Source: Vicugna vicugna
Lineage: Eukaryota
Direction of reading: 5' to 3'
Assembly (NCBI GenBank): GCA_013265495.1
Contig: MU058781.1
Location: 12,135,009 to 12,199,008, forward strand
Length of the DNA stretch: 64,000 nucleotides
Numbering within the stretch: the first letter of the stretch is position 1; each line of letters opens with the position of its first letter. Shown here one piece after another: positions 26,644-39,400 of the stretch. The notes beneath the pieces are model-generated. The model saw only the letters and a list, made by a program, of their open reading frames with translations. It ran no database searches and was not told the origin of the DNA. The position numbers were made by a program, and so were the translations under genes.

Positions 26644-26884
26644 GTAAGTAGTGACATTTCTCTAGATGGGTTTGTATCATTCATGTTTCTCTATAGATTT
26701 GAGAGGGAAGGAAGAAAGGAAGGCATCTATTTCTCTTGCCTTTATCTAGGGACTGACAAGGCTCAGTGTTGGAATCAAGGGATTAAGGTTATTGACTCAA
26801 ACTTTATACAAGTTGTCTAAGACCCTAGAAGAATCGTACAACTCAAGTTTCACACTGCTGATTGACAGTTTTCTCCATACATAG

Positions 26885-26944
26885 GCTTGTTCTACTGAAG
26901 AAAGAAAGAGAGACTTTGAAAAAATCTTTGCTCACTATGATGTT
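26885..26944 (+). CDS. SCGN: Secretagogin exon 9 (ACSTEERKRDFEKIFAHYDV)
   Basis: TAG acceptor, GTAAGT donor, 60 nt; includes Cys193. Confidence 0.96.
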
Positions 26945-27549
26945 GTAAGTATGCCTTTTCAACATATTGTGCTGGCCATCTTTAAGTAGGAAGCTTGTTT
27001 TGCCCCTGTGTGGGGTCATCCTAACTACAGACCCTAAACCAATACAACGAATAGCAAGCACACATGTTACTATATCAAGGTACCCTCAGCTTCTCTATGA
27101 AACTTCTAAGAACTAAGTGAAAATGAACAAACAAATATTTATGGTTCAGAAGAGAACAGTTCTTTTTTTCTTCCTTGGATCCAAACCAAAACTTTCTCCT
27201 TTCTAGTCTCTATCTGTAATAGCATGCTCAAAAACAAAAGCAAACAATCAAATTAAAAAACGCACCGAACCTAAAGAAATATGGGCAAAGTCAGACATAT
27301 TTGGTATAAAATCTAACTCTCTCATACGGCCACTATTTGGTCCTTCTTTAAAGAGGAGAAAATAATAATTCTAAAGAACAAAGTATGGTGAAGAGATTGA
27401 GTTTCTTGAGGACAAGGTAGGATGATGCAAGGAGGAAGAAAAATAAGAAGAAAGTTGGGAAAGGTCATAAGACATCCTGAAACTAATCAGACTGGATATC
27501 TGCGTGTCATACTCTAAGCAGAAAAGGCCATCACCTGAAAGAGGCAGTG

Positions 27550-27780
27550 GAGCAAAGTGTATAGACTCGGTGACCAATTACCTGAGTTTGAATCATCATT
27601 TATTAGCCACATGGCCTTGGGCAAGTTCCTTAACCTCCCTGTGCCTCATTTTTTTTATCTGTAAAATTAGGGTGATGAGGACAAAGACAACACCTACCTC
27701 ATGGGGTTGTTATATGAGAATGAAATGAATTCATGTTTTTAAAGTTCTTAGAAGAGTTCCTGGCATGTAGCAAGTACTAC
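27550..27780 (+). mobile_element. MIR
   Basis: GGCCTTGGGCAAGTTCCTTAACCTCCCTGTGCCTCATTTTTTTTATCTGTAAAAT core. Confidence 0.75.
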
Positions 27781-28434
27781 TGTCTGGTAAAAACACTAAG
27801 GGAATGGATTTTTAAAGTGATACGTTAAAGGTTCAGGAGCAAAAAATACCTTGAAGAGAATGGATGACGTGTCATAACTGGCACCTTAGAGAAGAAACTG
27901 AAATATTTTAGTACGCATTGTATTTTATAGGCATTCTTATAAAATAGGTAGAACAATAAAGATTTTAAATATGAACCATATAACAATGCTAATGTGTCTG
28001 ATCTAATCTCTCTTGATTTAAAATGTCTATCTTGATAATTAAATCATTGTTAAATCATAAAGCAAAATTTTAAAATTTCAACCTATCCTTCAAAGGATCG
28101 ATATGATGTGCAGTTAGCACTAGTCTGAACTGAGTCCTGGTATTTAGGAAGCAAATGAAGTCGGTACATATTATATTAATACTACTTGTATGAGCCAAGG
28201 AACTCAAAACTACTGGTGCCCATTTGGTTACATAAGAGGAGTTACTACAATGAAGTCTTTTAATTCATATGGAGCATTCACATCCTGCAGAGAGAACATA
28301 CATTGAAACATATCATTTTTAAACTTGCTTGCAGTCACAAAAGAATATTGATTTGGTCTACCTGTGTAATTTATTCTTTAAGCTTTCCTAAGTAAGGAAA
28401 TGATACCTGGTTGGTTGGATCTTTTATCTTTCAG

Positions 28435-28503
28435 AGTAAAACTGGAGCCCTGGAAGGCCCAGAAGTGGATGGGTTTGTCAAAGACATGATGGAGCTTGTC
28501 CAG
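28435..28503 (+). CDS. SCGN: Secretagogin exon 10 ([23 protein letters not shown])
   Basis: TTTCAG acceptor, GTGAT donor, 69 nt. Confidence 0.96.
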
Positions 28504-31500
28504 GTGATGTCATGAGGCTGTGCAGATTACTCCTATTATGGATTGGGGTTGCTGTTTTGATTGATTCCATTGTTTATTTTAAGGAATCAATAGGGCCAAA
28601 GATTAATGCTAGAGAGAAAATCTATGGATGTAGTCTGTTTAACAAACTTTGAGCTTCTGTGAAGCCCAACAAATCTCCCTTCTCTCCTAAGATCATTCGT
28701 AGTTTCAATTAAGCGAAGCCCGCATAGGAGTGTCTTGTTACCATCATTTAAATTATCTATTTTAACAAAGGAGCACAGTGCCATTGCTTATCTTACTGCT
28801 TTATTTTTCAATTTCAGATAAATCCTTCTCCCATGGACTCAGTTATTAAAATAAGTAAAGCTTTCAATTTCATTTAATAAATCCCATACTTGGGATTCTA
28901 TTTTTTTAAACCAAGGGACTGCTCTAACACCTAGTCTAAAACAGTTATTTCATCTATCAAGGCATTGCAGTGGCTGGAACTGATGCAATTTTGATTATAT
29001 CAACATCACAGACCTGTTTCATGTAGGGTAAACAATGTTTGAAAAAGCAGTCTCCTTGAGATCCTGATGAACCGTATTGACTGGCTGCACAATCCAGTTA
29101 AACAGATACTTCCCAACACCCATATGGGTGTTTTTCTATGGAACTGTGTAGACACTGACTTTAGTAGTTTCATATCCTTAAGGATTTTTTTTTGAGGTTT
29201 TTGTACAAGACACAATGATTGTGTCCTGATTAGCCCAGATGGTGACAAATTAGAGAAGCAACAATTATTAACTGTTTTTGGAGTCTCAGATCTTTTTGAA
29301 ACTCTGATTAAAACTGGAGTTTTGTGGCAGAAAGATGCCCAGATACTGATTTTTGCGTAAGTCTCTGCAATTAAGCAGGTATGGACAAGATTTTTCCTGA
29401 TGTCTAATTAGGATGACTTATAATTCTTATTAGTCCCATCCCACTGGCCCGTTGTCTCTTGTCTCCTTCACGTGTTACTCCTGTTGAAGATTTCTCCCGC
29501 ATTTGCATCATCAGAATTGTTCCTGGGTGTTGGTGTGGTATTGCCATCTACACTGATTGCTACAAGGAAATTCCATTTGGCTCATTATCTAACATCAGAA
29601 TGACTTCTGTAATAGCAAATGAGCAATTATCTATCGGACATTAAAGTTGTACAGCAGAAAGCCTTGCTCAACTAGAGTTTCAATTTGCTTTTCATAGAAT
29701 AATGGGATGGTGAACCTATTTTTCAGAGCTGTATGGAGTGGAGTGGAGCCAGGGCCTCTGACTGCCTTAGTATAGAGCCCAAGAGCTTCAGATCCTTACA
29801 GACACTTTCAGTTGTCTTTCAACTCTCTCTGAGTTTGGCAGTGACTTCCAAAGGTTAATGGGAGATGATGGAAGTAAAACCTAAACCAACAAGAGGGTAG
29901 AGAAGACATTTATCTTGAGAAAATTACAGAGAAGGGAAAAATTTGAGAACATCCAAAGACATGAGCTGGAAGCAGAAGTTTGCCTTACTCTTTGATGGAC
30001 TCGTATCACCTGGATGGGAAATCGGGATCCCTACCACTTTCGTCCTTACCTCTGTATTTCTGTGGGCTTCTTGGGCTACAGAAAGGCACTTCCCCATAGA
30101 AGTACCAGGCAATTTGAGATAGCTGGTTTCTAAGGACTGGGTCAGACTATGGCCAGTAATAAAAAGCAGTTTCTAGAAGGCTGATTTGTTGAGCTAGAAA
30201 GTATGTATACAGTAGTTAGTTATTAATGTTCTCCTCTGAAGCCAGATGATTGAAGGTGCATATCTTTATTGGATCTTTCCAAGTCTTCCAAGTTGCTTAA
30301 AAAACATCCACCACACCATTTGAAAGATTTAGTCAAGTATGACCATATCAACAGCAGAGAAAAGCAGATGGTATATCTAGCAGGGAAAAGAATAAACTTT
30401 TGGGAGGCCTGGGGACAGGAACTCTCATAACCTCCAGCCAGACAGCTTGGTCGTATCTGGCATCCCATTTATTTGGCTTCCAACATTACTGGGTCATTGA
30501 GACCCTAACATTGAGAATTTGACATTTCTCACCTTCATAAACTAGAGCCGTCTCCTGCACCTGTTTTCTTTATTTTCATTTTATAAGGAAGGGCCATGGG
30601 ACAAGTCAACAAACCAGTATCTGGAATTTATTTTAAAAGCAACTATCAGCACATGCCATGGGGTCAGCAGGGAGCTGGTTCAGTTTCTGAGTGTACAGTC
30701 CTGGCCAGGATCACTGATGTTTGCGATAATAACCCTGAAGTAGGCTTATTTTATAGTCTTTAAATTCTTGTACAGCCGTGTACAATGCATAGGTCAAATC
30801 TGTATCAAGATTATTTGGTTACCAGAACATCTTTTTCTTGAACCTCTGGAAAATGGTACCGAAGGCTGTCCTCTGCCAGCGTGAAGAGACAGCAAGTCTC
30901 TGAAGCAGCACAGTAATTTCTGCACAGGATTTTTTAAGAGCCTGTAGCTCACACAGCACAGCAAGAAAATGAACAAAAGAATCTACAAGCTAAACTAGAA
31001 AGTGGAAAGGCAAGACATTCAGGATTCCTAGCACTCATCAAAGAGAAGCAGAAATGTGAACAGTAATATTGGAAGCCAAATAAATGGGATGCCAGATACG
31101 AGCAGGCTGTCTGGCTGAAGGTTATGAGAGTTCCTGTCCCCAGGCCTCCCAAAAGCTTATTCTTTTCCCTGCTAGATACACCATCTGCTTTTCTCTGCTG
31201 TTGATAAGAAGATGGCTGGCAAGAGGGGATAATACTTAACCTAAAGAACTGAATCAAATCTGTGCCCCTCGCAAGAACTACTAGCCCTTAGCACTCATTT
31301 TATCATTTCTTTTCATTTTCAAATTATAAAAATTATACATCCATAGAGAAATTTGAAAGTAGAGAGAAGAAAAACAATCTCTACACTGAAACAGATCTAC
31401 TATTAACTCACTCCATTTCTATGTATAGTTTGTATATAGTTAAGATTATACTGAATAAGCATTTCCCAGTAACAGTCAACATTTCAGGATTCAAGGAGGA

Positions 31501-31579
31501 CAGATAAGTATTTTTTAACTACTTATGCTAGATCCACTCTCATACTTTCTCATGAGATGGATGAGAAAAAATGCATTTT

Positions 31580-31850
31580 TACATAGGAGGCTGTGATATA
31601 GTGTAGTGATAAAGAGGTGTGCTCTAGGGCTTGCCTGCCTGCATTGTATCTTGGTTCTGACATGTATCAGCTATGTGACACTGGAAGGTTAATTGACCTC
31701 TCTGTGCTTTAGTGTCCTCATCTGTAAGTTAAAGATGATAGTCGATATCTCATAGTGTTGTTCTACTAGAACAGTGTGATTAGAACTAACATGTGTAGAG
31801 GTCTTAGATCAGGAATCTGCATGCATTTATATTGGCAACTTGTTAATAAA
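31580..31850 (+). mobile_element. MIR
   Basis: GACCTCTCTGTGCTTTAGTGTCCTCATCTGTAA core. Confidence 0.65.
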
Positions 31851-33747
31851 TCAGAGGCCCTTGGTGGTTTCAGATGCTTTGTCTTCTGTAGTCCAAGCAT
31901 TTTGAACAGTCACATAGTTCTCCTGACTCCTAGTGAGTTGTTGAGCATTAACATAAAAGGTCCAAAGAAACTTCCTTTACATACACCCACATTCATACTG
32001 CCTTCCTAACATATCCACACAATCAAAAATATATCTACTCATTTAAAGGAAATAATTCCTTTCAGAAAACAAATTAGAGAAAAAAAGCTTAGAATAGCTT
32101 GAATGAGGTAAATACACTGGCAAATTAATTTATGCTAATGTGTAAATGACTACCATCTGAATCTTTGCTAAGAGTGGGCATTTGCTAAAAGGATCCCAAG
32201 GCAGGGTGCCACTTGAAAAAGGATGTAGCAAAAGTGGTTAGGGATACTGAAAATCAAACCTCCCCATTTTGTAACTGCACAACAAAGGAGTTTCTAATAT
32301 AGAGCCACAGAGTATAGCTTGCTGCTTTCAGGACCTCTAGGCCACATTTCCTTCGGCCACATCTATACCTTGCTTGGTATTGACACCCAGGGAGCTATCC
32401 TCTTGCACTCCAACAAAGAGAACTACTGACTATATGTTTCATCTTAGTCTCTTGGTCCAATCACTCAGGGATTTTGACAGAGTGAAGTTGGCCAAGTTTA
32501 GCTTCTGGCCGCAGACTCTTTCATCTCCTGCTATCTCTCAGAATTCTACCCCACTTTAGTATTTATTCTTGCTCTGAAATCTGGCCCCCAGTTCCTGCTG
32601 TTCTCTTCCCTCCTTCCCTCTGTGAAAACCTACTATCAGGGGTAGATCTGGTGTCAGTCATTTAACCTGTGGGACAGTGCAAATTAGCAGCTCAATATGG
32701 CTGAAGAGTTGAAGAATGAAAGGTTCTGTTTCCTATTGCAGGTTTTCTAGAGCTGTCTTTTGAAGTGAGGAAACCTTGGGGTGCGTGGGGTGATGGGGAA
32801 TGCTTCCATGAGCTCCTGAAATCAAACCGTGGAGACAGCTGCTTCCACTGCTCACTCATGACTAGTCCACTAATCAAGGGGTTTGGAAATCTGGTTAGTT
32901 GGGTTTTCCTTCCTCTCTGGACACTGACTTTTAAATTTAGATTCATCACCATTCATACAGCTTCATTAGGCTAGCCGTTTCTCCATGAGACCAGTGTGAG
33001 CTGGTGAAATGAGCGCCCAATTAAAGACAGAAGACTTGGGATCCACAATGCTCTTGCAACATTCTAGCTTGGCAAGATGTTTCAGCTCTCTCCAAGCCTA
33101 GGTGTCCTAATCTGTAAACAAGGCTTAATCATTTACCTCCCAAAGTCATTGTGAGGATTAAATAAAATAACCTATGGAGAATCACTTAGTCCCAACATTG
33201 CTCACTTTTGCAAGCCTTTGAGTTTAGAATATTTTCCTAGCTGACACGCATCACAATTCCTTCTTATTCCCTGAAATATTCCTTGGAATAAATCTGAAGT
33301 CCTCAGCTCAAGAACATAATGCTTTAGTTAGACTTTCATTCACTGTAAGCCTTTTAAAACAAGAGGCACAGAAACCTCCCACAGGGAGATAACATATGTG
33401 CCTTCTCTCATCAGTGTACAAGACAGAATTTGGGTGATGATCCTCTGCTCGAACGTGAAATATCTTTACTGTGGTTGCAAAAAAGATAGGCTTTCTGTTA
33501 GAACTGCAGAGAAGTGACATGGGAATAGAAGTTCTTTTGCCTGAAGGGACATGCTGAGAAATGAACCTGTTGGCAGAAAACTTATCCTTGGCAACATGTG
33601 GATGAGGAGATAATCACTTCCCCATGGTATGTCTCCAAGGAGGCTCTCTCAGAAGGCAGGGTGTCCCCTACACTGAGCAATCACAGAGGGGAGGGAGAGT
33701 GGCATTAAAGGATGGCTTGCCTACTGACATGTTTTTGTTGTCCTCAG

Positions 33748-33876
33748 CCCAGCATCAGCGGGGTGGACCTTGATAAGTTCCGGGAGATTCTTTTGCGTCA
33801 CTGCGATGTGAACAAGGATGGAAAAATTCAGAAGTCTGAGCTGGCTTTGTGTCTTGGGCTGAAACTCAACCCATAA
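33748..33876 (+). CDS. SCGN: Secretagogin exon 11 coding part ([42 protein letters not shown])
   Basis: CAG acceptor, TAA stop; exon lengths sum to 831 nt = 276 aa + stop. Confidence 0.97.
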   Translation, partial: PSISGVDLDKFREILLRHCDVNKDGKIQKSELALCLGLKLNP

Positions 33877-34278
33877 TCCCCAGACTGCTTTGCCTTTTGC
33901 TCTTAGCCTGTTTCTGAGCTTCTGCTGGTAAACTGTATCTATGCTTCACTATTGGGGACACAGTAGGCAAACGTTCTAACAAATGGTGTGGTATTCTTGG
34001 GCCAGTGGACCTGGGACTTGAGGGCCTTCTTTTTAATGCTATGGTATTTTCCTGCCTTTACTGGAAGCCCCCCACGTAGCATCTGTGTTAGTGTTCCCTT
34101 GACCCTGGGCTTTCCTGCCCTCCAAAGACTCAGCTGACCTCCAGGATCTGTTTGGCTTGTCTTCCCCTAGTTACCAGCTGAGTGCGTCCAACTGAGCTTT
34201 TTTTGTGGGCTTTTCTGCTGAAAGGTGTGTGGCATCTGTGGCAGCTTTGTAACTTCTACAAATAGATTTTCAAGTGAA

Positions 34279-34284
34279 AATAAA
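34279..34284 (+). terminator. SCGN: Probable SCGN polyadenylation signal AATAAA
   Basis: AATAAA about 400 nt after the stop, followed by a GT/T-rich element (TGTTTTTGTGTTGTG) near 34317. Confidence 0.75.
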
Positions 34285-35169
34285 CCTGTAGCTGGACACA
34301 AAGATGCACTGGTGCTTGTTTTTGTGTTGTGATCTTTAGAGTGTTCTACCTGCTGGTTTGATGGACAAAATACTTCTCTAACTTGGGGTGGGAGAAGGAG
34401 GAGAGAGAAAGGTGAGATCCTGATGGAATCACATCACCAATCCTTCTACTGTAGTTGTTAGGTGCCCAGATGAGTTAGCCAATAATCACGTTTATTTCAT
34501 TGCATGGAGAAGACCGGAACACTTGTCCTGGGCTGCATTTTGCTTTAAGTTCTTTGTGAACTCACTTGGCCAGTAGGTGGGAATACAGAAGAAATATGGA
34601 GAAAATGTTTCCCAGGTAACCCAAGTATCTATTATCCGCTCCAGCCCGCCCCCTTCCAAAGTTTCCTCTAGTGAATCTGGGACCACTGAGGCCTTCTCCC
34701 ATGCCTGTGAGCATCGTGGGCCTCTCTGCAGCCTGAGGGCTTCCACATGGACCAGACCCTCCTCCCGTTCCTCCTGGAACCCTGACTCAGTCCCCCAGAG
34801 AGGGGACTGCTTTCTCCCGGGGCAGAAGCAGAGAGATTGATTCCTTTATTCTCCTTACACTTTATTTTCCATAACATCCCTACCTAATACCAAACTGTGA
34901 AGGAACTTCAAGTTTAATGAAATGTTATAGGTAATTCAGAAAAAACAGTAGTGTAGCATGGTGCAGTTAGAGCTGTACATTACTCAAGAAATTCTACCAT
35001 TCAGAGATTCCCCTCCCTGGCATACACTGGTCCTAACCTGGTTCCTTTTCCCCCAGGTGTCCCTTATCCCCAACATACAGGTAACTAATATCAATAATTA
35101 CTATTTACCAAGTGCTTTCTGTGTGCCAAGAACTTCTAGGTGCTTTCCACACCTTAAGTAATTCGTTAA

Positions 35170-35450
35170 GTAATATTCGTTTGTATGGTTACTCCACACT
35201 TTGTTTATCCATTCACCTGTTGATGGACGCTTGCCTTGTTTCTACCTTTTGGCTATTGTGAATAATGGTGTAATAAGCATTGGTGCACAAGTATCTGAAT
35301 TCTTGCTTTCAGTTCTTTCGTATGTATAGCTAAGAATGGAACTGCTGCCTCACATGGTAATTCTGTGTTTATCTTTTTGAAGATCTGCCAAAGTAGTTTC
35401 CATATGGTTGTGCCATTGTATGTTCCCAGGAGCAATGTATGAGGTTCCAA
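35170..35450 (-). mobile_element. L1 3' fragment
   Basis: TTTATCCATTCACCTGTTGATGGAC...TTTGGCTATTGTGAATAATG. Confidence 0.8.
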
Positions 35451-35974
35451 GATTAATCTTCTGTTTCTAAATAGAGCCCTTCCTGAAACTGCCTAAAATA
35501 AAAACTGGATCCAAAGCTGACCTATATCCATTTAACTCATGACTCTCCCTTTAGCTACATGAAGAGAACACTTTGAGGTTACTAATCCAGCCATAGTTGT
35601 ATGAATTCTTAGCTATTCTTATAAATTCTCCTCCCTGTCTGTCTGGAGATGACTGAGGTGTAGGTGGGTGCGGAAGGGAACTTTTATTCTTTTAAGGGTA
35701 ATTTGTTCAGATTTATCTGAGCAGCTACTTGCCTTGAGCACCAGCAAGCTTTTCACCACGACATATGGCTGAGATTCTATCAGAAGCTTCCAGGCTTCCT
35801 GCTCAATTGTAACCTTAGGTTGGCAAAGACCTTTTCTAGCATCCAAAGAAAGTGATGGTAGAGATCTTTGAATGGAAAGAAGGTGATGAACGTGTCAGTT
35901 CACTCAAAAAGATTCTTATTAAGTTTGAGCCTCATATCCTTATAATATAAGGGCTAGTGTGTTCATTGATAGTG

Positions 35975-36310
35975 TTGCAGGCATTCTGGCTACTATAACA
36001 AAAATATCATTGACTGGGTGGTTAAACAACAAACATTTAGTTCTCACAGGTCTAGAGGCTGGTGTGTCCAAGATCAAGGCCCTAGTAGATTCAATGTCTG
36101 GTGAAAACCTGCTTCTTGATTCATAGACAGAGGTCTATTCCTGTGTTCTCCAATGGTGGAAGGAGCAATGAAGCTTTCTGTAGTCTCTTTTATAAGGGCA
36201 CTAATCTCATGTACAAGGACTCTACCCTATGACCTAATTACCTCCCAAAGGCTCCATCTCCAAACACCAATGTGTTAGAGATTAAGCTTTAACATGTGAA
36301 TTTTGGACTA
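35975..36310. mobile_element. MLT1-type (MaLR) LTR
   Basis: GACTGGGTGGTTAAACAACAAACATTTAGTTCTCACAG...TCCAAGATCAAGG...ATGACCTAATTACCTCCCAAAGG. Confidence 0.8.
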
Positions 36311-36489
36311 CAGCAATGGCAAAGGAAGCTAACAGGCCTTAGGCTTCTGCTGGAGAACCAAAGGGAACAGAGTGCCCAAGGAGGGCAGACAGAAGGCAGA
36401 AGTCTCTTATCAGAGCCCCTGCTGTATACATTTGATGGGTTAGGGAATAGCGTGATGGCACCCTGAGAGCTGTGCTCCATGCCAAAGAT

Positions 36490-39400
36490 GTTTGTTCGTT
36501 CATTTCAAAACAGGAAGAAGTACAATTGTCTCTGTTTGCTGATGATGTAATCTTGTACAAAGAAAACCCTAAGACTCCATCAAAAGACTGTTAGTACTAA
36601 TGAATGAATTCAGTAAAGTTGCAGTATACAAAATCAACATTCAGAACACTATAATATATAGCATTTTTATATACGAACAACAAAACGTCTGAAAAAGAAA
36701 TCAAGAAAATCATCCCATTTACAATAGCATCAAAAATAATAAAATACTTAGGAATAAATTTAACCAAAGAAGTGAAAGATCTGTGCACTGAAAACTATAA
36801 GACTTTGATGAAACTGAAGAAGGCACAAATAAATGGAAAGCTATCCCATGTTCATAGTTTGGGAGAATTACTTCTGTTAAAATATCCATATAGTCATCCA
36901 AGTCCAGGAAGTACACAGAGTCCCACAAAAGATTAACCCAAGGAGGAATACACAACAAGACACAGTGTAATGAAAATAACAAAAATTAAAGATAAAGAGA
37001 GAATACTAAAAACAGCAAGGGAAAAGCAACAAATAACATGTAAGGGAACTCCCATAGGCTATCAGTTGATTTTTCAGCAGAAACTCTGCAGGCCAGAAAG
37101 GAGTGGCATGATATATTTAAAGTGATAAAAGGGTAAAACCTACAACCAAGAGTATTCTACCCAGCAAGGTTCTCCTTCAGATTTGATGAAGAAATTAAAA
37201 CCTTTACAAACACAAGCTAAAAGAATTCAGCACCACCAAATAAGCTTTACAACAAATGTTAAAGGAATTCCTCTAGATGAAAAAGAAAAGGCCACAACTA
37301 GAAAAAAGAAAATTATAAATGAAAAAGCTCACCAGTAAAGGCAAACATACAGTAAAGGTAGAAAATCAACCAGAGACAAAGCTACTAGGTGAGTTAAAAG
37401 AAAAAAGTAGTAAAATCATCTATATTTACAATAAGCAGTTAAGGGATACACAAGTAAGCAGTTAAGGGATACACGAAACAATTACATGTAAAATATGGCA
37501 TCAAAAATAGAGTACAAATGCAGGTACTGAAAATGCATTTGAAATTAAGAGATCAGCAAATTAAAGCATTTAAAACTAAGAAGTCAGCAAATTAAAACAA
37601 TCATATATCTATGGGGGACTCTCTCTCTCTCTCTCTAGACTGCTATACAAAACCTTCAAGGTAAATACAAACCAAAAATCTGTAATACATATACACACAA
37701 AAAAGACAAAGGAATCCAAATATAACACTAAAACAGCCATCAGATCACAAGAGAAGAGAACAAAAGAAAGGAACAAAAAGACCTACAAAAACAAATCAAA
37801 ACAATTCACAAAATGGCAATAAATAAATAAATAAATAAATAAATTATTGATATGTATTTTCACCAAGTATCTTTTTTTTATTAAAGTATAGTCAGTTCAC
37901 AATGTTGTGTCAATTTCTGGTGTACAGCCAGAAATAATAGTTCAGTCATACATATATACATACATATGTTTGTTTTCATTTGATAATTACTTTAAGTGTA
38001 AATGGACTGAATGCTCCAACCAAAAGATACAGACTGGCTGAATGAATACAAAAACAAGACCCATATATTTGCTGCCTACAAGAGATTCAGATCTAGAGAC
38101 ACATATAGACTGAAGGTGAGGGGATGGAAAAGTTATTCCATGAAAATAGAAATCAAAAGAAAGCTGAAGTAGAATACTTATATCAGACAAAATGGACTTT
38201 AAAATAAAGACTGTTACAAGAGACAAAGAAGGACACTCAGAAAGGCACTACATAATGATCAAGGGATCAGTCTAAGAAGAAGACATAACAATTGTAAATA
38301 TATATCCACCAAATACAGAAGCACTCAATATATAGAGCAAATATTAACACACATAAAAGGAGTAATTGAAAGTAATACAATAACAGTAGGAACTTTAATA
38401 CCCTACTTACATCAATGGACAGATCATCCAAACAGAAAATCAATAGACACAGAGGCCTTAAATAACACATGAGATCAACTGGACTTAATTGATATTTATA
38501 GAGCATTCCACCCGAAGCAGAATACACATTCTTTTCAAGTGCACATGGAACTTTCTCCAGGATAGATCACATGCTAGACCACAAAACAAACCTCAGTAAA
38601 TTTAAGAAAACTGAAGTCATATAAAGCATCTTTTCCAACCACAACACTATGAGACTAGAAATCAACTACAAGGAAAAAACTGCAAAAAAACACAAAACAT
38701 GTGGAGGCTAAACAGTACGCTACTAAACCACCAATGATTCACTGAAGAAATAAAAGAGGAAATTAAAAAAAATCTAAAGACAAATTAAAATGAAAGCACA
38801 ATGATCCAAAACTTATGAGATGCAGCAAAAGCAGTTCTAAAAGGAAAGTTTACAGTGATACAAGCTTACCTCAAAAAATAAGAAAAATCTCAAAAACAAC
38901 AAGTTAACCTTATTCCTAAAGCAACTAAAGAAGAACAAACAAAAGTCAAAGTTAGTAGAAGGAAAGAAATCATAAAGACTAGAGGAGAAATACATGAAAC
39001 AGAGACTAAAAACTCAGAAAAGATTAATGAAATTAAAAGCTGGTTCTTTGAAAAGCTAAACAAAATTTAGCCAAATTCATCAAGAAAAAAAGGGAGGGGG
39101 CCCAAATCAATAAAATGAGAAATGAAAAAGAAGTTACAACTAACACCACAGAAATACAAATGATCATAAGAGACTACTACAAGCAACTATACACCAATAA
39201 AATGGACAACCTAGAAGAAATGAATAAATTCTTAGAAAGGCACAATCTCTCCAGAGCAAACCAGGGAGAAATAGAAAATATGAACACACCAATTACCAGC
39301 ACTGAAATTGAACCCATAATTAAAAATTTCCCAACAAAAGTCCAGGATCAGATGGCTTCATAGGTGAATTGTACTGAACATTTAGATAAGAGTTAATACC

